A DNA stretch of 64,000 nt. Source: an uncultured Myxococcales bacterium (GTDB taxonomy: Bacteria; Myxococcota_A; Polyangia; Palsa-1104; JAEUJZ01). Positions 39,267 to 50,762 of the stretch are shown here, piece after piece. Both the position numbers and the translations under genes were made by a program. The notes beneath the pieces are model-generated. The model made no database searches. It worked only from the letters and a program-made list of their open reading frames with translations, and was not told where the DNA came from. The stretch spans positions 7,925-71,924 of the forward strand of contig CAYTGC010000002.1 in the NCBI GenBank assembly GCA_964437195.1. The letters are read 5' to 3'. Positions within the stretch are counted from its first letter, which is position 1, and every line of letters starts with the position of its first letter.

Positions 39267-40154
39267 ATGACCGACATGGAAGAAATCAGGCTCTCAGCGG
39301 TCCTGGGCAACTCGCAGCGTCTCGATGGTGGTGCGATGTTTGGCAACGCACCCAAAGCGCTGTGGTCGCGCTACTTTCCACCGGACAGTGAAAACCGCAT
39401 AGGTCTGGCGTGCCGGGCTTTGCTTGTCGAAGTGGGCTCGCGCAAGCTGCTGTTGGAAACTGGGATTGGCGTCTTTTTCGCCCCCGAGCTGCGCAGTCGC
39501 TTCGGTGTGGTCGAAGAAGAGCACGTCTTGCTCAAGTCGCTTTCGGCACTGGGTGTGGGCGAAGACGACATTACCGATGTGATCCTGTCGCATCTTCACT
39601 TCGATCATGCGGGCGGCCTTTTGTCTCCTTACGTGGCCGGGGAAGCTCGACGGCTCTTGTTTCCGCGTGCGCGTTATGTCGTCAGTGCGTCCGCTTTGGC
39701 CCGGGCCGAAAAGCCGCATGTCCGTGACAAGGCGTCGTTTATCCCGGAGCTTCAAGGGCTACTCCGTGCGAGTGGTCGGCTGCATGTGATCGCGGACCGT
39801 GCGACCCACGACGAGACGCTGCCGGGACTGCGCTTTCATTATTCAGACGGACATACGCCGGGGCTTATGCTGACCGAAGTCTGCGGGCCATCGCCTGACC
39901 GCTCGGTGGTCTTCGCCGGCGACCTTGTGCCGGGGACCGCCTGGGTTCATCTGCCGATGACGATGGGCTACGACCGCTATCCCGAGCTGCTCATCGACGA
40001 AAAGACCGCGCTGCTTACGGACTTGTGCGACCGCGGCGGCTGGCTGTTTTACACCCACGATCCGGCGATAGCGATGAGCTGTCTGAAGCGTGGCGAGGGA
40101 GGCCGCCTGTCTGCCGACAAGCCCGAGTCGTCCCCCGTCCGCTTCTTGCTGTAA
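39267..40154 (+). CDS. MBL-fold metallo-hydrolase
   Basis: HxHxDH motif ([11 protein letters not shown]). Internal start MTDMEEIR. The upstream ORF extension overlaps the MFS gene and is likely an artefact. Confidence 0.85.
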   Translation: MTDMEEIRLSAVLGNSQRLDGGAMFGNAPKALWSRYFPPDSENRIGLACRALLVEVGSRKLLLETGIGVFFAPELRSRFGVVEEEHVLLKSLSALGVGEDDITDVILSHLHFDHAGGLLSPYVAGEARRLLFPRARYVVSASALARAEKPHVRDKASFIPELQGLLRASGRLHVIADRATHDETLPGLRFHYSDGHTPGLMLTEVCGPSPDRSVVFAGDLVPGTAWVHLPMTMGYDRYPELLIDEKTALLTDLCDRGGWLFYTHDPAIAMSCLKRGEGGRLSADKPESSPVRFLL

Positions 40155-40264
40155 TGTCGATCGACGGCCATCCAAACGGCGCTCACCGCGCCGACATTCG
40201 CTGACAGATGGATCTCTTTTGCCTTCAGCGCGGGCTTGCCAAACGCTCCGTCTGGATGCGCTAG

Positions 40265-40496
40265 AAGCAAAGCGATCACTCACTAAGGCAATGCGATTCG
40301 TCTTTGAAGTAAGACAATCACTCACAGAAGCAAAAAGATCATTCATCAATACGATGATCATCTTCCATCAAAGCAAATCGATCGTTCGCTGAAGCAAGCC
40401 GGTCATTCATCGAAGTAAGACGATCGTTGATCGAAGCAAATCGATCACTATGCGAAGCAAATCGATCACCGTGGGAAGCACGTCCATCACTTGAGT
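40265..40496. repeat. Eleven tandem degenerate 21-bp direct repeats, consensus GAAGCAAATCGATCACTCATC (ATCGAT core), in a low-GC non-coding island
   Basis: Read directly from the sequence. Units are contiguous with no spacers. The consensus unit has 9/21 G+C, against GC-rich flanks. Both strands stay open across it because 21 bp is seven codons without stops. Confidence 0.75.
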
Positions 40497-40665
40497 GGGC
40501 GGCGGACTTCGAGGGTCCACAGTCCAGCGCACCTGCGGATGTGGCAATGCACAAGACGGAACTGGAATTTTGTAGCTACGTGTGGGTTGGGGTGGCAGGT
40601 TGGCCGCGCTTTGCTAGGCTTTTTGCGCTCCCTTTGTTTCCAACCGTTTTCCAAGGAGTTTGTGC

Positions 40666-41022
40666 ATGGCCTCGCGTGTTCCAGTTCCCCCTCGCAATTT
40701 CGATGAACAGCTAGAGTCGCTGATTGCTTTTCTCAAGCAAGCCAAGACCACACTCGTCGGGGTAGACCCTAAGCAGCTCGAATCGGACCTCAAAGCCCAG
40801 CGCGAAGAGCGGCAGAAGGACAACGACGCAGAACGACAGTACGAACAAATCCACCGCAAGTTTTTGGAGTCGCAGGCCGACCGCTATCGCCGCTTTGGGA
40901 TTGCAGTCCAAGTGCTGCGCGCCGCCAACCGTCACAATGCAGATGTGCTGGCCGCGATGGAACAGTTCAAGCGGACTCGAGCCACGGCTTCGGTGAAAAA
41001 GGCGAAAGCTGACAAGCCGTAG
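40666..41022 (+). CDS. Hypothetical helical protein upstream of the ATP synthase operon
   Basis: ATG preceded by AAGGAG RBS. Charged, coiled-coil-like 118 aa. No TM segment. Confidence 0.45.
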   Translation: MASRVPVPPRNFDEQLESLIAFLKQAKTTLVGVDPKQLESDLKAQREERQKDNDAERQYEQIHRKFLESQADRYRRFGIAVQVLRAANRHNADVLAAMEQFKRTRATASVKKAKADKP

Positions 41023-41069
41023 CAGACAGAATATAGAAGAGAGACACGCATCCGAGTGGGAGGACCGAC

Positions 41070-41345
41070 ATGAGAGAAGCACTGGGTTTTGCGCTGGGGA
41101 TGGGCCTGGCAACAAGCTACGTGCTGCTTCTGCGTCTGAATGCCCGGCTTTACACCCAAAAGAGCGGGCAGGGTGCGGCGATGCTGCTTCATGTCGGTCG
41201 GCTGGTGCTCCTCGTGGCGGTGATGGTGCTGCTCGGCTCGCTCGGCAAGCGCTGCCTGCTGTATGGGCTGCTTGGTTTTCTGCCGACGCACCTGCTTCTG
41301 TACTTATGGCTTCGGAGACAGCCCGATGACATCGCCCCTTCATGA
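41070..41345 (+). CDS. Small membrane protein with Arg residues in TM helices (AtpR/AtpI-like ATP-synthase accessory protein)
   Basis: 91 aa, 2-3 TM helices (LLLRLNARL; HVGRLVLL). It sits immediately upstream of, and overlaps, atpB. Confidence 0.5.
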   Translation: MREALGFALGMGLATSYVLLLRLNARLYTQKSGQGAAMLLHVGRLVLLVAVMVLLGSLGKRCLLYGLLGFLPTHLLLYLWLRRQPDDIAPS

Positions 41346-42015
41346 GTCGGCGCTGTTTCAGATTGGGCCGGTGCCGATTCCTGGGTCGCTGCTGACCAGC
41401 ATCGGCATCACGACCGTCCTTGGGTTCAGCAGCTTCGTTCTGAGTCGTCGACTCAGGCCCGAGCCTGGCAAAGTCCAGGCGATCTGCGAGGTCGTCGTGA
41501 CGACGATCCTCGAGCAGATTGAGGAAGTGACACGCAAAGACGGTCGGCCTTTTCTGCCACTTGTGGGGACGCTGTTTCTCTTCTTGATCGTCGCAAACTC
41601 GCTGTCGGTGATTCCGGGGCTTCAGCCGCCGACCGAGCGATTGGAGACGGTCATCGCGCTCAGCCTGACGGTGTTTGTCTCGGTGTACTACTACGGCATC
41701 CGTCGGCATGGACTGTGGCAGTACCTCAAACACTTCTTTATGCCGACGCCGCTTCTGTTTCCGATCCACGTCTTGTCGGAAGTGACACGGACGTTTTCTC
41801 TGTCGATGCGCCTGTTTGGGAACATCATGAGCCATGGACTGATCCTGGCCGTGATCGTGTCGGTGGCGGCGCTGCTCGTGCCGATTCCCATTCTGCTATT
41901 TGGGCTTTTCACCGGCGCGGTTCAGTCGTACATCTTTACCATCTTGGCGACGGTATACATTGCGGCGGCGGTCGAGGATCACCCCCAAGCTGCAAAGACC
42001 GGCCATAAGGAGTGA
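41326..42015 (+). CDS. atpB: ATP synthase Fo subunit a
   Basis: MTSPLHESALFQIGPVPIPG N-terminus. The conserved Arg-containing helix (NIMSHGL...) is present. 229 aa. Confidence 0.85.
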   Translation: MTSPLHESALFQIGPVPIPGSLLTSIGITTVLGFSSFVLSRRLRPEPGKVQAICEVVVTTILEQIEEVTRKDGRPFLPLVGTLFLFLIVANSLSVIPGLQPPTERLETVIALSLTVFVSVYYYGIRRHGLWQYLKHFFMPTPLLFPIHVLSEVTRTFSLSMRLFGNIMSHGLILAVIVSVAALLVPIPILLFGLFTGAVQSYIFTILATVYIAAAVEDHPQAAKTGHKE

Positions 42016-42023
42016 CATAGGAC

Positions 42024-42266
42024 ATGAGCATTCAGGTCGTGAGCATCCTCGGTGCCGTCGTCGCAGTCTGTTTTGGTGCGATCGGACCGGCGCTCGCCGA
42101 GGGACGGGCGATTTCCGCCGCGATGGAAGCGATTGCGCGGCAGCCCGAAGCGGGACCGACGATATCTCGATCGTTGTTCGTCGGTCTGGCGATGATTGAA
42201 GCCATGGCGATTTACTGTCTGGTCGTCGCCTTGGTGCTTCTGTTTGCCAACCCCTTCGTCAAGTAA
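42024..42266 (+). CDS. atpE: ATP synthase Fo subunit c
   Basis: 80-aa hairpin with ARQPE loop. Helix 2 reads IEAMAIY...LLFANPF. Helix 1 reads GPALAEG. Confidence 0.9.
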   Translation: MSIQVVSILGAVVAVCFGAIGPALAEGRAISAAMEAIARQPEAGPTISRSLFVGLAMIEAMAIYCLVVALVLLFANPFVK

Positions 42267-42269
42267 GCG

Positions 42270-43010
42270 ATGCACGTCTCGCTGCTGAATGTCGCGTTTC
42301 AGACGGTCAACTTCCTCGTTCTGGTGTATCTGCTCCAGCGATTTTTCTATCGGCCTATCTTGGCCGTCATTGCTGAGCGCAAGCAGAAGGTCGCGAAAGA
42401 GCAAGAAGCGGCTGCGGCGGAAAAGCTTGCAGCGGAAAAGCTCAAGGCCGAGTTTCTGGCCAAGCTGGCGGCGCTCGAAGACGACAAGCAGCGGGTGCTG
42501 CACGCGGCACTGGTGCAAGCCGAGTCGGAAGCCGCGGGTCTTCGTCGCGAGATGACACAGAAGATCGAGTCTGAGCGGGTCCGGCAGCAAAGCCTTCTCA
42601 AGAACGAGCGGCTAGAGGTCGAGCGTCAGCTCAAGGAGCAGTCGGTGCGCCTGGGGCTGTCGATTGCCGAGCGGCTCTTGCGCGATGCGGCGGTGGTGAC
42701 CGATCCACTTGTTGCAGTGCAGACGGCGCTGTCGCAGATCGCGGGCTTTGCGGAGCCGGAACAGCACAGGCTGTGGGCCGAGGTTCGGCTGCATGGGGCC
42801 GAGCTGACCAGTGCAGATCCGCTGTCGGACCAGGCGCTTGCGCAGACCAAAGCGGCGATCGAAAAGGCCTGTGGCGGGCCTGTCGGCTTCGTCGCGCACG
42901 TCTCACCCAAGCTGCTCTATGGGGTTGAGCTACGGCTTGGGCATCTGTCGTTTGCGCTGCACCTTCTTGCGGGCCTTGGCAAAGTGCAGTCGGAGCTTGT
43001 GGCGACATGA
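42270..43010 (+). CDS. atpF: ATP synthase Fo subunit b, long form with delta-like C-terminal region
   Basis: An N-terminal TM segment is followed by a long charged helix. The C-terminus (PKLLYGVELRLGHLSFALHL) resembles the delta-subunit C-terminal motif. 246 aa. Confidence 0.7.
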   Translation: MHVSLLNVAFQTVNFLVLVYLLQRFFYRPILAVIAERKQKVAKEQEAAAAEKLAAEKLKAEFLAKLAALEDDKQRVLHAALVQAESEAAGLRREMTQKIESERVRQQSLLKNERLEVERQLKEQSVRLGLSIAERLLRDAAVVTDPLVAVQTALSQIAGFAEPEQHRLWAEVRLHGAELTSADPLSDQALAQTKAAIEKACGGPVGFVAHVSPKLLYGVELRLGHLSFALHLLAGLGKVQSELVAT

Positions 43011-44534
43011 GCGATCTGTCGCAAGCCTTGCGCGCTTTTGGGCAAGACACCGAGCAGAAAGTGAAGGCGCTGCGGCTTGCTCCACAGCCAGAGTCACTCG
43101 GTCGGGTTGTGGCGCTTGCCGACGGCGTTGTCCAGGTTTCTGGGCTCTTGCAGGCGCAGCTTGGTGAAGTGCTGCTGTTTGCCTCTGGGAAGCTGGGCCT
43201 TGTGGTCGTCCTCGATGAAGACCAGATAGGCTGCGTTCTGCTTGGCAAACAGGACGGAATTTTGGCTGGCTCGCCGGTGCGCGGAACGGGTCAGGTTCTG
43301 GAAGTTCCCGTCGGGGATGAGCTGCTCGGACGCGTCGTCGATCCGCTCGGTCAGCCTCTCGACGGTGGACCACCGATCGCGGCGCGCAGTCAGCTGCCGA
43401 TCGAGCGGCCCGCGCCGGGGATTACCCAGCGTCAGCCGGTGACCGAGCCACTTCACACCGGGATTACCGCGATTGATGCGATGCTGCCGCTTGGACGTGG
43501 CCAGCGAGAGCTGATCATTGGCGACCGTTTCACCGGCAAGACCGCGATCGCCGTCGACGCCATCTTGAGCCAAAAAAACACCGACGTGATCTGCATCTAT
43601 GCAGCGATTGGTCAGCGGTCGTCATCGGTGAGTCAGGCCGTTTCGGCGATTCGTGAGCGTGGGCCCACCGCGCGAACCATCTGCGTGGTGGCGGCGTCGG
43701 ATGCTGCGGCTGGTCTTCAGTGGATGGCACCGTATGCCGCTTGTTCGATGGCCGAGTACTTCTGCGAGCGTGGCGGGCACGTGCTCTTGATCCTCGACGA
43801 TCTAACCAAGCATGCGCAGATTCATCGGCAGGTGGCGCTGCTTCTTCGCCAGCCGCCCGGACGAGAAGCCTATCCCGGCGATGTCTTTTATCTCCACTCG
43901 CGACTGCTAGAACGCGCGGCGAAGCTGTCGCTGGAGCGTGGTGGTGGCTCCCTGACAACGCTGCCAATCGCCGAGACGCTGGCGGGCAATCTGTCGAGCT
44001 ACATTCCGACCAACTTGATCTCGATTACCGACGGACAAATTTTTTTAGAGCCACGCCTTTTCAATGAAGGACAAAAACCGGCAATTGATGTCGGCAAGAG
44101 TGTTTCTCGCGTGGGTGGCAAGACCCAGCTCCAAGTGATGCGCAAGGTCAGCGAAAAGCTGCGCCTCGGGTATGCGCAGTTTTTGGAGCTGGAGATCTTC
44201 ACCCGCTTTGGCGGCGCGATGGATGAACGGACGCAAAAGGTCATCGAGCGGGGTCGACGGGTCCGTGCGGCGCTTCTTCAGCCGCAGTTTCAGCCGCTTT
44301 CAACTGCGCACCAGGTGGCCTTGCTTTCGGCGCTCGACGATGGGCTTCTCGACGGACTGCCACTGGCGGCGATTGGACTGTATCGCGATGCGCTTGGGGC
44401 ACTTCTTGACGGAGAACACAAAGCCATCGCGCTGCGGATTGAGCAGGGCCAGTCGCTATCCGACGAAGATCAGAAGCAGCTCGGGGCGGTGCTGCGGGCG
44501 GCGCTCGACAAGCTGGGTTTGGGCGAGGCGCGCG

Positions 44535-44548
<14 letters not shown>
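43007..44548 (+). CDS. atpA: ATP synthase F1 subunit alpha
   Basis: P-loop GDRFTGKT and alpha-type conserved blocks are present. The start overlaps the atpF stop. Confidence 0.9.
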
Positions 44549-46764
<2,216 letters not shown>

Positions 46765-46776
46765 AAAGCGGCGGTG

Positions 46777-47127
46777 CTAGGCAGCCAGAAGGCGGGAAAG
46801 GCGGCGTTCGCCCATGACCCACTGCGGCACAGCCACAGCCAAGAGCAGAATCGCCGAAACGCAGTAATTTACGCCGCGTGCCGTCGAGTCGAGGCTTGAT
46901 CCAAGCTGTTCGGCCTGTTGCTGCATTGCGGCAAGAAGGAAGTAGGCGATTCCGATCAAAAACACGACCCAAGCCACGGCACTGATGAAAACACCTGAAT
47001 ATTTTTGCAGTGTGCCAGAGCGGTAGCCGATTGAGATTGCGCGTATATCGCTACGCACTGCGAACTGGGATACACGGTCACTGCGTAATCCTGGTTGCAC
47101 TGTCAGTCCGTGTTGTTCTGCTTGCAT
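46777..47127 (-). CDS. Possible small two-TM membrane protein (hypothetical)
   Basis: ORF in a lower-GC gap after atpD. Two hydrophobic segments. Weak support. Confidence 0.25.
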   Translation of the reverse strand: MQAEQHGLTVQPGLRSDRVSQFAVRSDIRAISIGYRSGTLQKYSGVFISAVAWVVFLIGIAYFLLAAMQQQAEQLGSSLDSTARGVNYCVSAILLLAVAVPQWVMGERRLSRLLAA

Positions 47128-47283
47128 GCTCAGGCTCCGTGCTTTCTGGCTCTCGCTCCTTCTTTATTGCAAGTGGAAGGCCAACGGAACCAGCTGAACA
47201 GCGACGGAAAATCGGGCAGCGGACGCGACCGGAACGGGCGTGTGATTTCACAACGCGCCGCGTCACAGATTTTGGGCAGGTTG

Positions 47284-48273
47284 CTACTGGAAGATCTCTG
47301 CGACCGGTCGGCCTGAAATGCGGGTAAGCGGTGACAGTCCGAGCGCGGCCAAGGCGGTGGCGGCAGTGTCCATCGTCGAGATGGTCGAGCGAATGTGATA
47401 ACCCCGCCGAACGCCCGGGCCCGATGCGATCCAGGGTATTTCCCGATCGCTTGGCAGTGCTCCCGTATGACCACGCGCATGTCCACCGTGATCTGCCGAG
47501 ACGATCACCAGCGTATCGTCGAGCATGTTGGCGTTCTGGAGCGCGCGATAGATCGTTCCTAGGCACGCGTCTGCTGCGAGCGCAGCTTTGCGATAGCTCG
47601 CCGTCATCCACCCGTCGGAGTGACCGGCCTCGTCAGGATCGGAAAAATGTACGAACGTAAGACCGGGCTTCTCTCGGGCGATGTACCGCGCAGCCTCGTC
47701 GCTGACCTTTTTGCAGTAGTAGCCTGGCCGCGCAAACACATCAATGGTCCCCTCGGGCATGATGTGGCGCAGCTTGGGCTTGCCGACGAATGCTGCGGTC
47801 TTCAGGCCACTTTCCTCGGCGGCCTTGAAGATCGTCGGCACGCGGATGTAGCCACGGGTCTTGAGCCAGGTATTCCAGGTCAGGCCGTGCTGATCGACAT
47901 CGACGCCCGACAGCATTGAAGCATGGGATGGCAGCGTCGACGCGGTTCGGATCGTCCGTGCTTTCCACGAAAACGAGCCGTTGCGATAAAGCTGCGCGTG
48001 CCAGTACATGTTTTGCTGCCCGTAGATGAGATCGGGCCGCATGCCGTCTTCACTGATGATGATGACGTGCCGGACGCCTGCCGGATGCTCCATGCCCAGC
48101 GACGGAATACTGGCTTTCGCTAGCGGTGCAGACGCGGGTTTTGCGGCGGTTGCCACCGCTGGGGCCGCATGCGCGGTTGACTCCTTGGTCGGGAGACGAA
48201 ACACCGACGACGACAAGAGCAAACCAATGGTGCTCACTGTAGCAAGCCGGTAGACGCGTTGCCTTCTGCGCAT
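47284..48273 (-). CDS. Alkaline-phosphatase-superfamily phosphodiesterase/nucleotide pyrophosphatase-like enzyme
   Basis: Signal peptide is present. Metal-site motifs SEDGMRPD, TLPSHASMLSG and SADHGGH are present. Confidence 0.8.
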   Translation of the reverse strand: MRRRQRVYRLATVSTIGLLLSSSVFRLPTKESTAHAAPAVATAAKPASAPLAKASIPSLGMEHPAGVRHVIIISEDGMRPDLIYGQQNMYWHAQLYRNGSFSWKARTIRTASTLPSHASMLSGVDVDQHGLTWNTWLKTRGYIRVPTIFKAAEESGLKTAAFVGKPKLRHIMPEGTIDVFARPGYYCKKVSDEAARYIAREKPGLTFVHFSDPDEAGHSDGWMTASYRKAALAADACLGTIYRALQNANMLDDTLVIVSADHGGHARGHTGALPSDREIPWIASGPGVRRGYHIRSTISTMDTAATALAALGLSPLTRISGRPVAEIFQ

Positions 48274-48350
48274 GAAATTAGGTTACCGTCAAGAACGCTC
48301 CAATTACAACCACCGTTGCATGCTGAAAGCTCGCGAAACGGCTTTGGCTT

Positions 48351-49706
48351 TTGGCGACAAAGCAACAAGATCCGAAAATCGGAGCAGGGTTAGAGACTTC
48401 GCTTATGGATAGAATCGAGACGGATCGCAGCGGGGATGCGGCGCTGCGCCAAGATGTATCAGAGTCCAAGCTGCGTCCACCGGTTGGCGGCAGCTACCTT
48501 GGACTGCTTTTGCGCAACCGCGACTTTCGATCGGTCTACTTGGCGACGTTGATAAGCCTGGGCGGCGACTGGTTCATGATGGTCGCGCTTTACGATCTGG
48601 TACTGACGCAGACCGGGAGTGCGACGCTGGTTTCGCTGATCAACGTCTGCTTGGGGCTGCCGGCGCTTCTGGTGACGCCGTGGGCGGGCAATCTGATCGA
48701 CAAGACCGATCGCAAGCGGCTGATGGTGACAGTGGATCTGCTGCGGGCGGGCCTGTCGCTTTTGCCGATCTTGGTGGTGTCGCCAAGCCTGCTGCCGCTG
48801 GCCTTTTTGGCAGTGGCTGGGCTGTCCGCAGGAACCGGTTTTTTTGACCCAGCCGCCGAGGCCGCCGCACCAAACCTTGTCGCTCCCGAAGACCTGGGCC
48901 GGGCCAATGCGCTGCTGGGATCGGCGTGGGGAACAATGCTGATGGTCGGTTCGGCGCTTGGCGGTCTGGTCGCAACGTACCTGGGTCGCAACGTCGCGTT
49001 TGCGATGAACGCGCTGAGCTTCCTTGTATCGGCGGCGCTGCTGTGGCGGATCAAGCTGCGGTTTTCCGAACATCATGAACAGGACCGGCCCCAGACGACG
49101 CTGCGAGAGTCACTCTCTGAAGCTGCAACCTTTGTACTTGAGCGGCCCAAGGTCATCGCCCTTTTGTGCGGCAAGGGACTGCTCGGGCTGACGCTTGGTC
49201 TCACATCGCTCATCTCGGTGTTTGGCGAGCAGGTGTTCCATCGCGGGTCCGAGGGAATTTCCAAGCTGTTTGTCGCCCGCGGACTTGGTGCAGTCGTCGG
49301 TCCGTTTGTGCTGTTTTCTCTCGTGAAGAGCGCTGCGCGGCGGCCTCTGGCGATTGCTCCGTGCATCATGCTGTATTCGCTTGGGTACTGCCTGGTGTCT
49401 CGCAGTCCGTCGCTGGAACTGGCGATGATCCCGCTTGTGATCGGGCACATGGGCGGCGGCGCGATGTGGCAAGCGACGACATACGCGATGCAGTTCGAGG
49501 TGCCGGACGTTCTGCGCGGACGGATTTTCTCGTTCGATCAAGCGATCCTCGGTGTGACCTACTCTCTCTCGACGATGGGGATGGGACTTTTGGTGGATCG
49601 CCACGGGGCTCGTCCGGTTTTCCTGGTGGTTTCCTTGGTGTTTACGCTGCTCGGGTTGGTGCTGATGTTGGTGACTCGGCGTTTGTGGACTGCACACAGA
49701 GTGTGA
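48351..49706 (+). CDS. MFS transporter
   Basis: Twelve hydrophobic segments are predicted. The ORF-track start may be upstream of the true start. Confidence 0.85.
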   Translation: MATKQQDPKIGAGLETSLMDRIETDRSGDAALRQDVSESKLRPPVGGSYLGLLLRNRDFRSVYLATLISLGGDWFMMVALYDLVLTQTGSATLVSLINVCLGLPALLVTPWAGNLIDKTDRKRLMVTVDLLRAGLSLLPILVVSPSLLPLAFLAVAGLSAGTGFFDPAAEAAAPNLVAPEDLGRANALLGSAWGTMLMVGSALGGLVATYLGRNVAFAMNALSFLVSAALLWRIKLRFSEHHEQDRPQTTLRESLSEAATFVLERPKVIALLCGKGLLGLTLGLTSLISVFGEQVFHRGSEGISKLFVARGLGAVVGPFVLFSLVKSAARRPLAIAPCIMLYSLGYCLVSRSPSLELAMIPLVIGHMGGGAMWQATTYAMQFEVPDVLRGRIFSFDQAILGVTYSLSTMGMGLLVDRHGARPVFLVVSLVFTLLGLVLMLVTRRLWTAHRV

Positions 49707-49765
49707 CGATGTAGGACAACGTAAGATTTTTGACTTCCTTGTCACACCGAAGTAGTGTCTGGGTC

Positions 49766-50302
49766 ATGAAGCCCAAGCTCACTTCTGCCAAATCCGTGGA
49801 ATCCCCGTCGAGCCGTCCACAGAGCGGTCGTCCCCAAAGTGGCCGTCCGGCATCAGGTCGGCCCCAAAGTGGTCGGCCCCAAAGCGGTCGGCCCACGAGC
49901 TACCGTGAGACCCGCGCGCACGTTCCTTCGGGTGCGCCTACTCGCGTGGAAAAGCGTCGGAGCTTGCGCTTTGACAAGGCCTTTCCGGTCGCGCTGCGCA
50001 GTGATTCCTTTGGCGAGATGTCGGCGATTGCGCGCAACGTGTCTACCGGCGGAATGATGGTTGAAGTGCGAGAGCCGCTTCCTTTGGGTACCCAGGTGAT
50101 GGTGTTTTTTTCACTGCCCGATTCCCATGCTCGCGTAACGGCGCGCGGCGAAGTCAAGAACCACTACTTCCTTAATTTTTCCGATGGAAAAGGGGGAGTT
50201 CGGGCGCTGTCAGGAATGGGGCTCCGTTTCTCTTCCTTTGAGTCTGATTCCGACCTAACACTTGGGATGGGAATCTCGCGCCTTCGTACCGTACTTCACT
50301 AG
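49766..50302 (+). CDS. PilZ-domain protein with N-terminal (SGRPQ)6 repeat
   Basis: RRSLRFDK...DSFGEMSAIARNVSTGGMMVEV matches PilZ RxxxR / DxSxxG motifs. The N-terminus has six tandem PQSGR pentapeptides encoded by 15-bp DNA repeats. Confidence 0.7.
   Translation: MKPKLTSAKSVESPSSRPQSGRPQSGRPASGRPQSGRPQSGRPTSYRETRAHVPSGAPTRVEKRRSLRFDKAFPVALRSDSFGEMSAIARNVSTGGMMVEVREPLPLGTQVMVFFSLPDSHARVTARGEVKNHYFLNFSDGKGGVRALSGMGLRFSSFESDSDLTLGMGISRLRTVLH
49814..49893 (+). repeat. Six tandem 15-bp coding repeats (CGKCCCCAAAGYGGY-like) encoding SGRPQ units
   Basis: Seen directly in the sequence within the PilZ gene. Confidence 0.7.
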
Positions 50303-50762
50303 CCATCGCGTCGTAGCAGTCCCAGCGACCAGAAGCTGCCAACCCCCGGAAAATCCTTTCGAGGGCTGTCGCCACTGGAGCGGCACGCACCTTCTCCCCT
50401 GACAGTCATTCCTTCGTACAAGCTGCGCGGCCTTGATGGCTGTGACTGGGTTCCCCCCGCGATGTGGCCAGCGGGCGCCAGCCGCAGAACCTACCGTCTA
50501 CCCGGCGTGATGGCATTGGGTACCTTGTCGCACGATGTCTACCGTGAAACCGGTATCCCTTTGGCCCCAAACCCTCAGCATTTTGGCGGGATTGGACTTC
50601 CAACCGCAGTAATGAGTGCGCTATGCTGAAACGGTAGGATTCCTTGTTCGTATCATTCGCTTCCTACCTGGGATGATGAAGCAGAGATCTCGACCCATGG
50701 CGCAGTATGCGAGCGGGCTTTCAGATCCGGCGATGATGCGGACTATCGCGATGAGGTAGAGC

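Noticed and set aside
40265-40496. CRISPR array
   Set aside because: The repeats are directly contiguous with no unique spacers. No cas genes are nearby.
40339-40554. Minus-strand ORF encoding heptad repeats DRFASxN (and plus-strand ORF 40090..40392 with EAKRSLT-type heptads) across the 21-bp repeat array
   Set aside because: The ORFs are open only because the 21-bp unit lacks stops in most frames. The GC content is far below coding DNA of this genome. Both strands are equally open. They are treated as a non-coding repeat artefact.
40666-41022. The 118-aa protein as ATP synthase epsilon or AtpQ
   Set aside because: It is entirely helical and charged with no TM segment. It lacks the epsilon beta-sandwich N-terminal pattern, and AtpQ is a membrane protein.
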